Assembly (NCBI RefSeq): GCF_006345805.1 | Contig: NC_043002.1 | Location: forward strand, 50,530,001-50,594,000 | DNA length: 64,000 nucleotides | From: Octopus sinensis | Taxonomy: Eukaryota | Direction of reading: 5' to 3' | Shown: positions 11,355-24,334 of the stretch, one piece after another | Layout: the number at the start of each line of letters is the position of its first letter | Position numbering within the stretch: the stretch's first letter is position 1 | Made by a program: the position numbers and the translations under genes | The notes under the pieces: model-generated | Database searches by the model: none | Told to the model about the DNA's origin: nothing | What the model saw: the letters and a program-made list of their open reading frames with translations, nothing else

Positions 11355-11530
11355 CATACACACACACGACAAGCTTCTTTTACCTTCTATCTACCAATCC
11401 ACTCTCACAAGCTTAAGTCGGGGCCCGCGGCTGTAGTAGAAGACACTTGCCGAATGTGCCACGCAGTGGGACTGAACCCGGATCCATGTTGTTGGGAAGC
11501 AAGCTTCTTACCACACAGCCACACCTGTAC
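11355..11530 (-). mobile_element. SINE family A, 5' half
   Basis: Reverse complement of gtggctgtgtggtaagaagcttgcttccc...ccgggttcagtcccactgcgtggcac. Confidence 0.85.
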
Positions 11531-11596
11531 CTATATATATATATATATATATATCTATATATATATATATTATATATAATATATATATAATTATAT

Positions 11597-11632
<36 letters not shown>

Positions 11633-11660
11633 ATAATATATATATATATAATTATATATT

Positions 11661-11727
<67 letters not shown>

Positions 11728-12324
11728 ATATATGTATGTATAAAGTAATAAGTAATGTTAATAATACACTGGTAAATTCTTTAAAATACCCTTCGGTATT
11801 TTATGCATACACCATATATGCCTATAGATATATAATATATATATATACGCATAATGTCAGGCTTAGGTCTACTGAACGAATGGAAATTTAACTAGGATTG
11901 CTTTTAATGACAGTAATCATTCTTCAGCTTTGTTTAAAATAGTTTTTGCAAAGACCGAAAGGAGAAGCATATGAGAGAGAAGGAAACAGAATGGGAGCAG
12001 AAAGTGGTCCATAAATGTTTGCTAGATAATATTGTGCTATAATTGTGATAGATGTATAGGTAAATGAGATTATCCTAAAATAAAATATAAATTTGAAATA
12101 TAAATGTTTAACATAGAAGGCGACTACCATAAGATTAGTAATACAAATCACCATTGACAGACTTACGCCAATAAAAATTCCCCCTTGAAAACTTTTGCTT
12201 GGAATTTACAACGGAAAATTCATTTCTAATACGAATAAAAAAAAAGTGTAGTTTTTACACCTTGGAGTTAAACAGGCAGAGAGAAAACCTCTCTTGTGCG
12301 CACACTACTAAACAAGATATCCTA

Positions 12325-12557
12325 AAGGTAATAGCTGGCAGACACGTTAGCGCCCCGGGCGAAATGCTTAGCGGTATTTCGTCTGTCGTTACGTTCTGAG
12401 TTCAAATTCCGCCGGGGTCGACTTTGCCTTTCATCCTCTCGGGGTCGATAAATAAAGTACCAGTTACGCGCTGGGGTCGATGTAATCGACTTAATACCTA
12501 TGTCTGTCCTTGTTTGTCCCCTCTGTGTTTAGCCCCTTGTGGGTAATAAAGAAATAG
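12325..12557 (+). mobile_element. tRNA-derived SINE family B (tail variant ...tttagccccttgtgggtaataaagaaata)
   Basis: A-box-like tagctggcaga, B-box-like gagttcaaattcc, central ggggtcgataaataaagtaccag...ggggtcgatgtaatcgact. Matching copies lie at 46518-46735 and 55877-56106. Confidence 0.9.
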
Positions 12558-13397
12558 GTAATATTTCTGCAGTGACATTTGATTTAACATGTAGCAAATA
12601 TTTAGAGTATATTTTTGCTGACTGATAATACTCAGCAGCCTCAGCTGTCTTTTCTTTTCTGTTTGTGGTCATTGCTTATAATGATCTCATCGTTCTTTTA
12701 ATTTGATCCCCAATTCAGACTCGATCAAGAAAACGTATGTTGACAAGGATTCTTTTCGTGTCTTTCTCATTTCCTGAAAATTTACTTTGCTTTGTGCAAC
12801 AATATGTAATGAATACATTATTCAAGGCAGTAGAGTTCTTTCTTTGGGGGAAGACACTCGGTGCTATCATTAGTAGGTGGAAGTGATCTGAAACTGTGAT
12901 AGCATACCCTCGAAACTACACAAGAGAAATTGCGAGGGTGCACAACACCGAAGATTTAAAGTGATCACAATTAATTAAATGCGATTCACGTGTTTGAAAA
13001 ATGCATCGAGATACCTTGCTTTTCCCATCTACTTGTTCTTGTGAACAAAGGTTTCCACTAGCATTTGTAACCAACGACAAATTTCATGTAACACTGTCAT
13101 TTTAAGAACGATATGCAGGTGTGATATCTCCCTGAAATGATGTATACAAATGAGTTACTTGCGAGAAAGAGCGGAGTCAATCTATCTTATTAAAAATGCA
13201 ACATTAAATTAAATGGCAGAATGTTGGGAGAAGAAAAAGAATATCATATAAGTATAATAATTCACTAATACTTTATTTTATCAAATCCAGAAGGACAAAA
13301 GGTTAAGTTTTCAGCAAGTGAGGTCTTTAATATAAATTAGATTAATAATAGTTAATGCGTATCCTAAAGTCTACTCTATGTTATTACTCTTTTACTC

Positions 13398-13608
13398 TCT
13401 TTTACTCTATTTCTTGTTTCAGTCATTTGACTGCGGCCATGCTGGAGCACCGCCTTTCGTCGAGCAAATCGACCCCAGGACTTATACTTTGTAAGCCTAG
13501 TACTTATTCTATCGGTCTCTTTTGCCGAACCACTAAGTTACGGGAACGTAAACACACCAGCATCGGTTGTCAAGCGATGTTGGGAGGACAAACACAGACA
13601 CCAAACAA

Positions 13609-13639
<31 letters not shown>

Positions 13640-13817
13640 CACATACATATATACGACGGGCTTCTTTCAGTTTCCGTCTACCAAATCCACTCACATGGCT
13701 TCGGTCGGGCCGAGGCTATAGTAGAAGACACTTGTCCAAGATTCCACGCAGTGGAACTGAACCCGGAACCATGTGGTTGGTAAGCAAGCTACAAACCACA
13801 CAGCCACTCCTGCGCCT
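13398..13817 (-). mobile_element. SINE family A, full length
   Basis: Complete reverse-complement copy from ggcgcaggagtggctgtg to gactgaaacaagaaatagagtaaaa. Confidence 0.92.
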
Positions 13818-14612
13818 ATATCCAAAGATTTACACAATATTCCTCACATAGAGTACATCAACACTGCCGAATATGATGAAGCGGTACACTGGTATATTGT
13901 TTATATATTGTGAGTAGGGACGAATGACTGCCATTTCTAGCAGACAAGTACCCAGTACCGATGACGAGTAAAGACCTAGGAACCATGGTGTACTGGTCTT
14001 GACAAGCTAGTGGGAGTGATTGGTTCCCTCATAATATATCAGACACAGGTTATGTGTTGTTAACCAGCCAGGAAAGATGTTTCCTTGGTTTAAAATAGTA
14101 GTGCATAGTTTTCTGTGTTATAGTGGCAAAAAATATTACTATATATATATAATATTATATTATAATATATATATAATATATGTATATGTATATATATGTA
14201 ATATAAATAATATAAAATATATGCATATATACATACATATATGTACATAATTACATATACTGTATATATACATGCACATATGGGAACAGGACATAAAAAA
14301 ATTGAACACAATGAGAAACGAAAACGTAAGAACAGAAACTTAGATACAATGAAAAAAAACAAACAGAGAACGAGACATACAACAAAAGAATATTCCCCTT
14401 TTTCAGTTTCCGTTTCATCTACTCCACGTTTCCATATAATATATATATATAGTATATATATATATATATATACTGGAATTCTTTAGTAATCTGAACAATA
14501 TTGTTCAACTGGTGTGCAAAGAGAGAGATTATGAAGTATTTTGCCCGGATTGATAATCCCTTATCTATAACTATGTTACATACATACATACATGCATACA
14601 TACATACATACA

Positions 14613-14660
<48 letters not shown>

Positions 14661-15037
14661 CGCATATATATAAGTATGTATGTGCATGTGCACACATGCA
14701 TATATATAAATGCATGTGTGCATTTATGTGAATATTGTTTTTACCTTATTTTTATGTCAGTAGGGATGTGATTGCTCATAAATCGTTACAGAGTTTCCGA
14801 GACTGGTGTGAAGGAGGGATTAAGGTATCCTTAAACCAAAGAGTGGGTGTGCGGGCGCACATGTGTAGCTATGAACAGGCGCGCTTACGCGAATACTATG
14901 AACCTTTTACCCCCTTACTTTACTTCCTCCCCTTACTTAGCGGTCATTCGAATAGCTCTTTTGTCTTGATAACGGTCAATCACACAGTAATTTCCCTTTG
15001 TATAACGGTCATTTTTCATAGCAATTTTCCGATGGCT

Positions 15038-15100
15038 GGATAACTGAAGAGATGGCGGCGTGGATTTCTACCTCGGCATCCGAAACTCGGAGTTTTATCT
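15038..15100 (+). ncRNA. Type I hammerhead-like motif with intact core (one bulged C in stem II)
   Basis: GGATAA-CTGAAGA-GATG...CATC(C)-GAAAC-TCGGA-GT-T-TTATCT. Stem I is GGATAA/TTATCT and stem III the near-palindrome AACTC-G-GAGTT. Confidence 0.6.
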
Positions 15101-15131
15101 TGGCTACCGAATAAATGTCACATATTACATT

Positions 15132-15167
<36 letters not shown>

Positions 15168-15193
15168 GTATGTATATATAGGAAAATCAGTTA

Positions 15194-15323
15194 GTTGTCA
15201 TAATAAAAGTCAGAGATTCGGATGTCGGGATTGAAGCTTGATCCGGCATCTCATCAGAACTGATGAGATGCCAGAGCAGACCTCAGCCCCGTCATCCGAA
15301 GATCTGAGTTTTATTATGACAAC
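15194..15323. repeat. Fold-back of two degenerate hammerhead-family copies joined at the core (perfect 13-bp hairpin at 15245-15272)
   Basis: GGCATCTCATCAG-AA-CTGATGAGATGCC at the axis; outer arms gttgtcataataaaa...ggatg / catccgaa...ttttattatgacaac. The right arm is homologous to 15044-15135. Confidence 0.85.
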
Positions 15324-15669
15324 CAAGTAATTGTCACATATTATATTTATAGATAAATTCCTCTATTTATATAATATTGAAGTTTCATTAATTCTTTTGT
15401 TGTCATATTATTATTAATATATATATATATATACATACACACGTACACACACACACACACATACACACATACACACACACACACACACACATATTAATGT
15501 TTGCTTTTATGACAACTAATATAAAAACGTTCTTTTTAAACTGAAGAATTAGTGAATGCTTAATATTAAAGTACATTAAAGATTTACAAGGAGAAGAGTG
15601 ACAGTGTCTTCGAAGTTGAATATGCATGTGTGTGTGAGTGTGTATATATATGATATATATATGCATATA

Positions 15670-15734
<65 letters not shown>

Positions 15735-15945
15735 CATATATGTGTGTGTTTGTGTGTTTCTTTCTGCGTGTGCATGTGTGCGTGGTATATGTGGTGTTTG
15801 TGCAAGCACGTGCGTGCGTAGTAGTATACGGATCAGTAATCATCGAATCTCATTATTTTGAATTCTTTCACTATTGTCAAGTTTTGCACAATTGTGTTCA
15901 TACGTATCCGTTGTTATGTGTGCGAGTATACATATACATATACTT

Positions 15946-16021
<76 letters not shown>

Positions 16022-16023
16022 CG

Positions 16024-16059
<36 letters not shown>

Positions 16060-16071
16060 ATATATATATAC

Positions 16072-16157
<86 letters not shown>

Positions 16158-16494
16158 GTATGTATATATATATATGTATTTACATGTGAGTAAATGTATG
16201 CTTGCATCTGTCTATTCATATACATACAGAGGCGCGCACACACACACATACATGTACATACACACATATACAGAAATGTCCACCGGATATACCTGCTTAT
16301 GGAATACATCCTCATTACTTATAAGAGTACAAAATCTTCGTCGTTATTAATTCATTCATTACTAATGAGCACCGATTTGAGAATTCGTGTAAACACTGCT
16401 ACATACATATGCACATATACAAGTCGTACATACATATACACATCTGACACATGTTTTATGTTTTATATCTATAACTATATTTATATATATATAT

Positions 16495-16544
<50 letters not shown>

Positions 16545-16585
16545 ATATATATATATATTATATATATATAAATATACATACATAT

Positions 16586-16619
<34 letters not shown>

Positions 16620-17214
16620 CATGCACACATTCATATTAAATATGTATCCTATATACATGCGCAAATATGTGAGTTAGATATATATAATGTATAAGTATGC
16701 CTAATGCACACACACGCACACACACACTCACACACAAACACAAACATAAACACAGACACACATACGTATGTATGCATACAGATATTATATGTATGTATAT
16801 ATTGTAAGTATAATTTGTGTTTATATAAGAAGCACAATTAAATTTTCTCTCTCACGCACACATATACACACAGGACACACACACAGAGAAATGCACACAC
16901 ACACATACAAGCAATCAAACATCCACATAGTATCCTATATTTATGTTTATATATGAATATACGCTTGCATCGGAATGTATGTATATAATATAATATATGT
17001 CTTGTAGAAATCCATATCCATGTGGGATTAATTTTTTAATTAAGTGTTTGTCACGATTAAGGATGCGTTCTATCGCTCTACGTGGTAATTACCTCCCTTG
17101 ATACCATTATCGTCTCTGCACAAGTTATCATCATTATCATTGATCATTTTCTATAGCCGGTAGTAATTATGGTAATTATAGTGCTTGTAGTATGTTGTTG
17201 TTGCTGTTATTATT

Positions 17215-17790
17215 ATGACGGCGGACTAGCAGAATCGCTACTGTGCCAGTCAAAATGGTTAGCGGCATTTCTTCCGGCTCTTAATATTCTAAGTTCAAAT
17301 TTTCACCAAGATCGACTTTACCTTTCATCCTTTCGGGGCTGATAAAAATAAATACCAATCAAGCACTGCGGTTGATGTAATAATCGACTAGCTCCTTCCC
17401 TCGCAATTTAAGGCTTTGTGCTTATATTAAAAACGTGCCTATATTAGAAACGTGAGCTGCCAGAATCACTAGCGTGCCGGGCAAAATGCTTAGCGGCATT
17501 TCGTCCGTGTTTACTCTCTGGGTTCAAATTCCGCCGCGGTCGAATTTACCTTTCACCCTTTTGGGTTTGGGAAAATAAGTACTAGTTGAATACTGAGGCA
17601 GATGTTTTAGGCTTGACCCCTGCCCCAAATTGTTGGGCCTTTTGCTAAAATTTGAAATCGATTTTATTAAGGCGGCGAACTGACAAATAAGTTTACGTTA
17701 CCGTGTCGGGCAAAATGTTTTCCGGCATTTCTGCCGACTCTTTACGTTCTGAGTTGAAATCTCGCCGTGATAACCCTTCCTTTGAAAAAA
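17215..17790 (+). mobile_element. Three tandem SINE family B copies
   Basis: Units start near 17222, 17452 and 17670. Each has gcagaatc.ctagc...aaaatg.ttagcggcatttc...gttcaaat. The last ends in poly(A). Confidence 0.85.
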
Positions 17791-18641
17791 AAAAAAAAAG
17801 ACCCTTGAAGGTTGCTATAGGAATAAAAAGAATCCGAAAGAAAAATTGGGTTGGGATGAAGTTGCAGATTCTGATTCAGGTGAAACCTGAGATACTGGAC
17901 AAACACTTCGAATTAATTGAATCCCGGGAGGGTAGTTATTGCAGGTGGTTGTGGAGAGTAGAAGACATCGGTGCTAAAATAGTGTAAACACTACTAATAA
18001 TCCCAAAACTTTCTGACTCCAATAACAGAAACTTATAGCTGAGAGAAGGCCTCCAATACTGCCAAAGCTACAACTTCGGCATTAACGACGACATTTGCAA
18101 TCACAGCAGACAAGCAAAGAAACTACCAGAAAAGAGCATGTTACCGTATCACTAATGAGTGCAGCAGCAGCTACATGACTGAAAACAGCACCTACTGCAA
18201 AAACCGCAAGAAGAACACCAAGAGATTAAACAAAGGTAAAAATAAAGGAAGATATAAATAAAACGCTGACCTCAAGAGCCACCACATCAACGACAACAAC
18301 AACAGCTGAAAGCCTCTTAACAAAAAAGCAAAAGACTTCTAAGGTATGCTCCACTTCGCTTAAAAGTGGACCCATGCGAGGAGGGTCACTCCTAAGACAG
18401 AAGGGGTATTACCAAGAGAGGAGATGCAATCCCAAGCGAAGGTGACAAGAAATGAAACAGATGGCAACCAGTAACAAGCAATAAAATAAAAAAGAAGCAA
18501 AGAGAAAATATCACCCCAACAAAATTGTTAGGATGTACAAACGGGTGGAAGAAATACCTCCTAGTAAAGACACATGACCACTTCTCCAGCAACAATGCCA
18601 ATTCTACCGACACGTGTGTCTTTTTGAATATACATGCGTGG

Positions 18642-18812
18642 CAGGTGCAGGCCTTGCTGCGTGGTAAGAAGCTTGTTTCCTAACCACATGGTTCCGGGTT
18701 CAATCCCACTGCGTGTCACCTATAGGGTAGGTAACTTCTACTATAGCCTCGGGCTGACCAAAGCCTTTGTGAGTGGATTTGGTAGAGGGAAACTGAAAGA
18801 AGCCCTTCGTAT
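18642..18812 (+). mobile_element. SINE family A, 5' half
   Basis: gtggtaagaagcttg...ccgggttcaatcccactgcg...ggaaactgaaagaagccc. Confidence 0.85.
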
Positions 18813-18826
18813 ATATATATATATAA

Positions 18827-18859
<33 letters not shown>

Positions 18860-18861
<2 letters not shown>

Positions 18862-19590
18862 GGGAGTATATCCAAACTTACAGGGAAAAATTAGATTAAA
18901 AAGTTATAAATATTAAAAGTTTAAAATTTAAAAAGTTAAATTTAAAATTTTATATTTTATATATATATTATATATTGTATTAATTATATTTATATTTTTT
19001 TTGTTATTTATGTATTGGTTTATGTCTATCACTGTTTGAGTTGCCTAATAGTGGTTTTATCTCTAATTCATATTTTATATATATATATATAATAATAAGG
19101 GTAAAAATTGATATTAATTATATTAATATCAATTTAAACCAGTGGCCTAGCATATTGAAAAAAATCTGAAGATTCAGAAAATTATATTACATACAGATAA
19201 GAGGAATGACCACTAGGTGGACTTCTAATATGCTAAATGTTGACCCCCATATGGCCAGACCATATGGCGTCTACATTTAGCATATTAAGAGTCCACCTAG
19301 TGGTCATTCCCCTTATATGTATGTAATATATATATATAATATATATATATATAATATAAATATAATAATAATAATAGGGAGTATATCCAAACTTACAGGG
19401 AAAAAATCATTTAGGATTGAATCCAATTTTATAGCAAAATATTATATAATATTAATTAGAGACAAAACCACTATTTTGCAAATCAAACAAAGAAAGACTT
19501 AATCCAATACATAAATTTATATTAAATTTTTTTATGTATTGGATTAAGTCTTTCTTTGTTTGATTTGCAAAATAGTGGTTTTGTCTCTAA

Positions 19591-19597
<7 letters not shown>
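18860..19597. mobile_element. AT-embedded repeat relics (probably PLE-terminus derived) with two fold-back hairpins
   Basis: Direct repeat gggagtatatccaaacttacagggaaaaa at ~18862 and ~19377. Hairpin 19197-19316 has ~58-bp arms with a few mismatches. 19449-19515 / 19531-19597 is a perfect 67-bp inverted repeat. Confidence 0.75.
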
Positions 19598-19664
<67 letters not shown>

Positions 19665-19671
19665 TTATGCG

Positions 19672-19897
19672 TGCGTGTTTTTGCGTCTGTGTTTGCCCCC
19701 CCCACCCGCTTGCCATCCGATGCTGGTGTATTTACGTACGCGTAATCTAGCGGTTCGGCATAAGAGAACGATAGAATAAGTACTAGGCTTACAAAGAATT
19801 ATTCCTGAGATAGATGTCTTCGACTAAAAGCCCTTAAAGGCGGTGGTCCAGCATGGCCGCAGTCAAATTACTGAAACGAGTAAAAGAATAAAAGAAT
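19672..19897 (+). mobile_element. SINE family A, 3' half
   Basis: tgtgtttgccccccc...tagcggttcggc...ggtccagcatggccgcagtcaaattactgaaac. Confidence 0.85.
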
Positions 19898-20003
19898 ACC
19901 TCTCGCTGGATTTCTTTCTCAATGCATCAACTCATTACTGTCAGTTTCCAAAACATTCATTAATTATTAATTAATGTCTCTGTTCACTGTACTAGGCTTT
20001 AGT

Positions 20004-20325
20004 GAGGGCGCGTGGCTTAGTGGTTAGGGCATTCGGCTCATGATCGTAAGGTTGTGAGTTCGATTCCCGGCGACGCGTTGTGTCCTTGAGCAAGACACTT
20101 TATTTCACGTTGCTCCAGTCCACTCAGCTGGCAAAAATGAGTTGTACTTGTATTTCAAAGGGTCAGCCTTGTCACTCTCTGTGTCACGCTGATTATCCCC
20201 GAGAACTACGTTAAGGGTACACGTGTCTGTGGAATGCTCAGCCATTTGCACGTTAATTTCACGAGCAAGCTGTTCCGTTGATCGTATCAGCTGGGACCCT
20301 CGTCGTCGTAACCGGCGGAGTCTTT
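20004..20325 (+). mobile_element. tRNA-derived SINE family C, full length
   Basis: A-box tggcttagtgg, B-box gagttcgattcc, core ttgtgtccttgagcaagacact, tail ...gagaactacgttaagggtacacgtg...cgtcgtaaccggcggagt. Confidence 0.9.
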
Positions 20326-20631
20326 AAAAAAACTAGGCTTTATTAAGTTCATTCAGAGGCATCTTGGGTAAATGTCTTTATCTACACCGTCGATTCGACC
20401 CAAGGTTTGAGAATGAAATTAGGTAGGTGGGTATTGGGTATAGCCTGTAAGATTGGTCCAACTTGTTATTTAAAGGTCCAGTCTTGTTACAAATTATGTC
20501 ACGCTGTTTCTACCTGAAGATTACATTAACATTACGTGTATCAGGGGAATTTTCAGCAGCTTACACGTTAATTCAATGAACAAAGGGTTCAGTTTCTCGA
20601 GCGACTAAATGATCATGGTTGGAAATAGAAG

Positions 20632-21012
20632 CACTCCGTCGGTTACGACGATGAGGGGTTCCGGTTGATTCGAATCAACGGAAAAGCCTGCTCGTGAAAT
20701 TAACGTGTAAGTGGCTGAGCACTCCACAGACACGTGTACCCTTAACGTAGTTCTCGGGGATATTCAGCGTGACACAGAGAGTGACTAGGCCGGCCCCTTG
20801 AAATACAGGTACAACAGAAACAGGAAGTAAGAGTGAGAGAAAGTTGTGGTGAAAGAGTACAGCAGGGATCAGCACCATCCCCTGCCGGAGCCTCGTGGAG
20901 CTTTAGGTGTTTTCGCTCAATAAACACTCACAACGCCCGGTCTGGGAATCGAAACCGCGATCCTATGACCGCGAGTCCGCTGCCCTAACCACTGGGCCAT
21001 TGCGCCTCCGGT
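20632..21012 (-). mobile_element. tRNA-derived SINE family D (different head and body, same 3' tail as family C)
   Basis: Head ggaggcgcaatggcccagtggttagggcagcggactcgcgg...ggtttcgattccc. The 3' ~175 bp matches 20150-20323. A partial copy lies at 45060-45265 (-). Confidence 0.88.
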
Positions 21013-21384
21013 TGGAAATACTGACTGAGATTAATCTGTTTTATTTTATTTGTATTTTATAAAAAAAAAAAACAAGTCGCAAACAAGGTGAGAAGCCACT
21101 TAGTGTAAGGGACTATGAGGAAGGAGAAATTAAAACGAAAGGAATTAATTTATTTTAGACTTGAAAGAGCTCAGGCCATAAGGTGGAAGAAAACAATGAG
21201 ATGGAAGAGAGTTCTAAAGTCTGGTAGTTCAAGAGGAAAAAAAAAAACTACGACTGTAGAAAGACTTCCTTATTTGTGGAAGCGAACAGTCTTTGGATAT
21301 CCATGCTGTGAGTTTCGAGTGAAGCGAAATAGCACAAAGCAATCTGGAACTAAGAAAATCCATCATGAGCACTTCCTGTGCCAA

Positions 21385-22350
21385 TAACGCTAGTAGTAGT
21401 AGTAGTAGTAGCAGCAGCAGCAGTAGCAGCAGCAGCAGCAGTAGTAGTAGTGATTGTGGTGGCAGCTGTGGTAGTGGCGGTGGTGGTGGTGGAAGCGGGT
21501 GGCGGCGGCGGCGGTGGCGGTGGTGGTGGTGGTGGAGACGGTAGCGACGATGGTGGTGGAGGTAAACGTACTAGTTGCAGTAGTGGTAGTAATAGTAGCA
21601 GTAGTAGGTAGTGGTGGTAGTAGGTAGTGGTACCAGCAGCAGCAGCAGCAGCAGCAATATCAGCAATATCAGCAGCAACTATGTTATGTTGCACAATTGC
21701 AATAAAATGCGTTGGTTGCACAACAACCTGCAAATATATGCTGCAGTCATTGAATCTTGTTTGCAATGATATTAATTATTATTTTGTTGTTGTTGTTATC
21801 GTTATTGCCGCTGTTGTTGTTGTTTTGGTTTTTTTCTTTTTTCATTTATTGTTTAGCGTTTGAAATTGATAAATTTGTTTCTTCTTCTTCTTCTTCTTTC
21901 TTCTTCTTCTTCTTCTTCTTCTTCTTCTTCTTCTTCTCTTCTTTTTTGTTTTTTTCTCTCTTTTCCTCTCCTTTTTCTTTCCCATTTTACTTTACTTTCG
22001 CTGACATTGTCGTCGTCATCGCCAACGTAATTTCTGTTGCTGTTGTTGCTGTTGTTGTTGTTACTTCTGCTCCTTTTTGTTGTTGTTGTTGTTGACAATT
22101 TTCCATTGATTGATCTAATATATCATTCGACAAAGACTGACATGGAAAGGTTGTTGGGCGATAGATTTGACATTGTTGCTGTTTGTGTTGCTGGCAACGC
22201 TGTTATTGTTGCTGTTGTTGTTGTTGTTTGTGGTGGTGGTGCTGTTGCCGGTGGCGGTGGTGGTATTTGCGGTTGCGACGGTATTTGTTTCGACAACTTC
22301 GTTGCTATTGTTGTTGCTGGTGTGTTTGTATTGGTGGTGTTGGTGTTATT
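21385..22350. repeat. Compound trinucleotide microsatellite tract ((GTA),(GCA),(GGT),(CTT),(GTT))n
   Basis: Source of the poly-V/A/G/S/E spurious ORFs. Confidence 0.9.
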
Positions 22351-22374
22351 GTTACTGTTAATGATGATATTAGC

Positions 22375-22700
22375 GGTTGGGAGGCAGTTGCCTGCAACCA
22401 TGGAGAATGGCGACGTACCGTAAAAGAGGGAATACAAAGGAGTGACACAGAGAGAGAGAGAGAGGAGAAATGGAAAGAAAAGAAGAGACGTCAACAAGAG
22501 ACTATGGCATTACAACCAGCCAGGAACAGTCTTCGCTACATTTGCGGTACCTGCCAGAGGGAGTGTTTGTCCAGGATAGGACTACACAGCCACAGCAGGA
22601 AATGTATCAGGACATGAAATGTAAAAGCCGGACTAGACTACTTTATGCGCAACTCCATTGTCTCCCGAGACAGAAAGGATGCCAACAACAACAACAACAA
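22375..22700 (+). mobile_element. RTE-clade LINE 3' end
   Basis: WEAVACNHGEWRRTVKEG...KKRRQQ...YICGTCQRECLSRIGLHSHSRKC* is the characteristic RTE C-terminal C-x2-C...SRIGL.SH motif. It is followed by the 3' UTR ccattgtctcccgagacagaaaggatgcc and an (AAC)n tail. Confidence 0.88.
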
Positions 22701-23129
22701 TGATGATGGCGCTCATGGTGAAAATGTTTGTCTTAATAATATCATTTCTTTTGTTGTTGTTGATGTTCGTTCTGTTGTCCCAAATTAACCCTGACCGAGC
22801 AGTTGTACAGCACACAGGGAACTGTTGTTGTGTAAACTAGGTAAATCCCGGTGGAGCAGTCTTATTGTGCGTAGGTAGTCGACCGAACGCCCAGTTGCGA
22901 CACAAAACCCCGTCTTCCTATTTACCTCATGCTTCTACCAAGCTTATGCTCCAACATGCAGTAACGAATCGTATGAAAGCAGTGTGACAATGTGACCTCC
23001 ATATTGCATACTCTATTCACTGCCCAGTTTACTCCTGCACTTTGTTGTTATTTAGCCTTAGATTAACTGCGATTAAAAAATAAAGAAAAGAAAAATAATC
23101 CAGCCGTGAATTTTTGTAGTTTCAACGGT

Positions 23130-23720
23130 ATGTAAGAATACATTGTTTAATGTGTTCTGTCGTTATTTAAAATGTTTCGATCGGAATTGAGTACATTTGG
23201 TTCATATTTCTTGCAGATCAAGCAACAGTATAGCTACACTCTCTAGATTCTGGTGTTAGCCACAGACAGAGGGGCAGGTGATTCAGTCAGAGCGTGACAG
23301 TTGCTGATCCTCAGTCCTTGTTAACGGTGATGTGCACTCATGTGCAGTGTTTGGTTCCTGTGAGGATAATGGTATTTTTTAACCTGGTCCATACTGAACA
23401 AGAGAGATAGTACCTTTGGGATATTATCGTAGATGTGTTCTAGAATGTTGTATGAGCTTAGGTATTTTGAGGTTGAGTTTTGTCATGGGGCATGGACCGT
23501 AGAGCTTGGGGGCTTGCTGCGGCAACAAACTGTGCCACAAGCACGTTCCGGAGGTCTTTCAGTTTTTTGATTTTCTGTTTCAGAGTTGCTGATGTTTTCT
23601 GTACGAAGATTCTAATGTTATCTGATTTAATTCGCAGTGCATGTTTTTCGTTGTAGTTTATTGTGGTATGGCCAAGGTTTAGGTAAGAACTTGGATAATT
23701 CATTAAGGAAGCTAATCTGT
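23130..23720 (-). mobile_element. Highly degraded retroelement relic, possibly the region preceding a PLE endonuclease
   Basis: Broken coding-like minus sequence with NC..TCP..ESV-like remnants across frames and many stops. Confidence 0.3.
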
Positions 23721-24334
23721 CGCTTAAGTCCTATTGTTAATTCTTTGTGGCTGTTCTACGTATTGTTATACGATTTTTTTTTACATTTTCTATGTATTGA
23801 ACGTTAATCCTAATATTTTTGTCTTTCTGTCTTTGTCTTGTTGTTCAGTGTAATGGTTGTTAAAATATAATATTCTCCGCTGCTACTCGTAAGAAAGGAA
23901 ATAGTCAATGAGGTTGTTGTGGAGCTAGATTTCTCGTGATATAAAAAAAGTTAGAATAGTCCTGCACCAGTGTCTGGAAAATGGTAGAATAACGAGTTAC
24001 GACACATCATGCCATCATGCTTCTATCAAGCTAGTGAGTCTAACGTTAGTGAGTCTATCAACACTGTGAGTCTAATGTTGTTTGTATATGAGTCTGATTG
24101 CATGATTTGTTGTTGCTGTTGTCAAGAAAGGGAGTGTAGATAGAGATAAAAAGAATGGATAAGATAACGGATGCTTGTGATACATCATGTGACAAATAGC
24201 AAGTCCTTAAACACTGCGTTGCCTGCAGAAATGACTCTAATATCTGTTGTTAGATACCATTTTGTATTGTGTTTGAAGGTGGCGTTGAGTATCATTTGTA
24301 TGAGTGGATAGCGGGGAATGAAATCTTGGCTTAC

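Noticed and set aside
11930-12190. Possible exons, or a signal-peptide-like ORF (MDHFLLPFCFLLSHMLLLSVFA)
   Set aside because: In-frame stops occur before any usable donor, and no frame is consistently open between splice-like sites.
17810-18630. A-rich coding-like stretch, possibly a LINE ORF1 relic
   Set aside because: No motif could be identified with confidence, and it has many stops.
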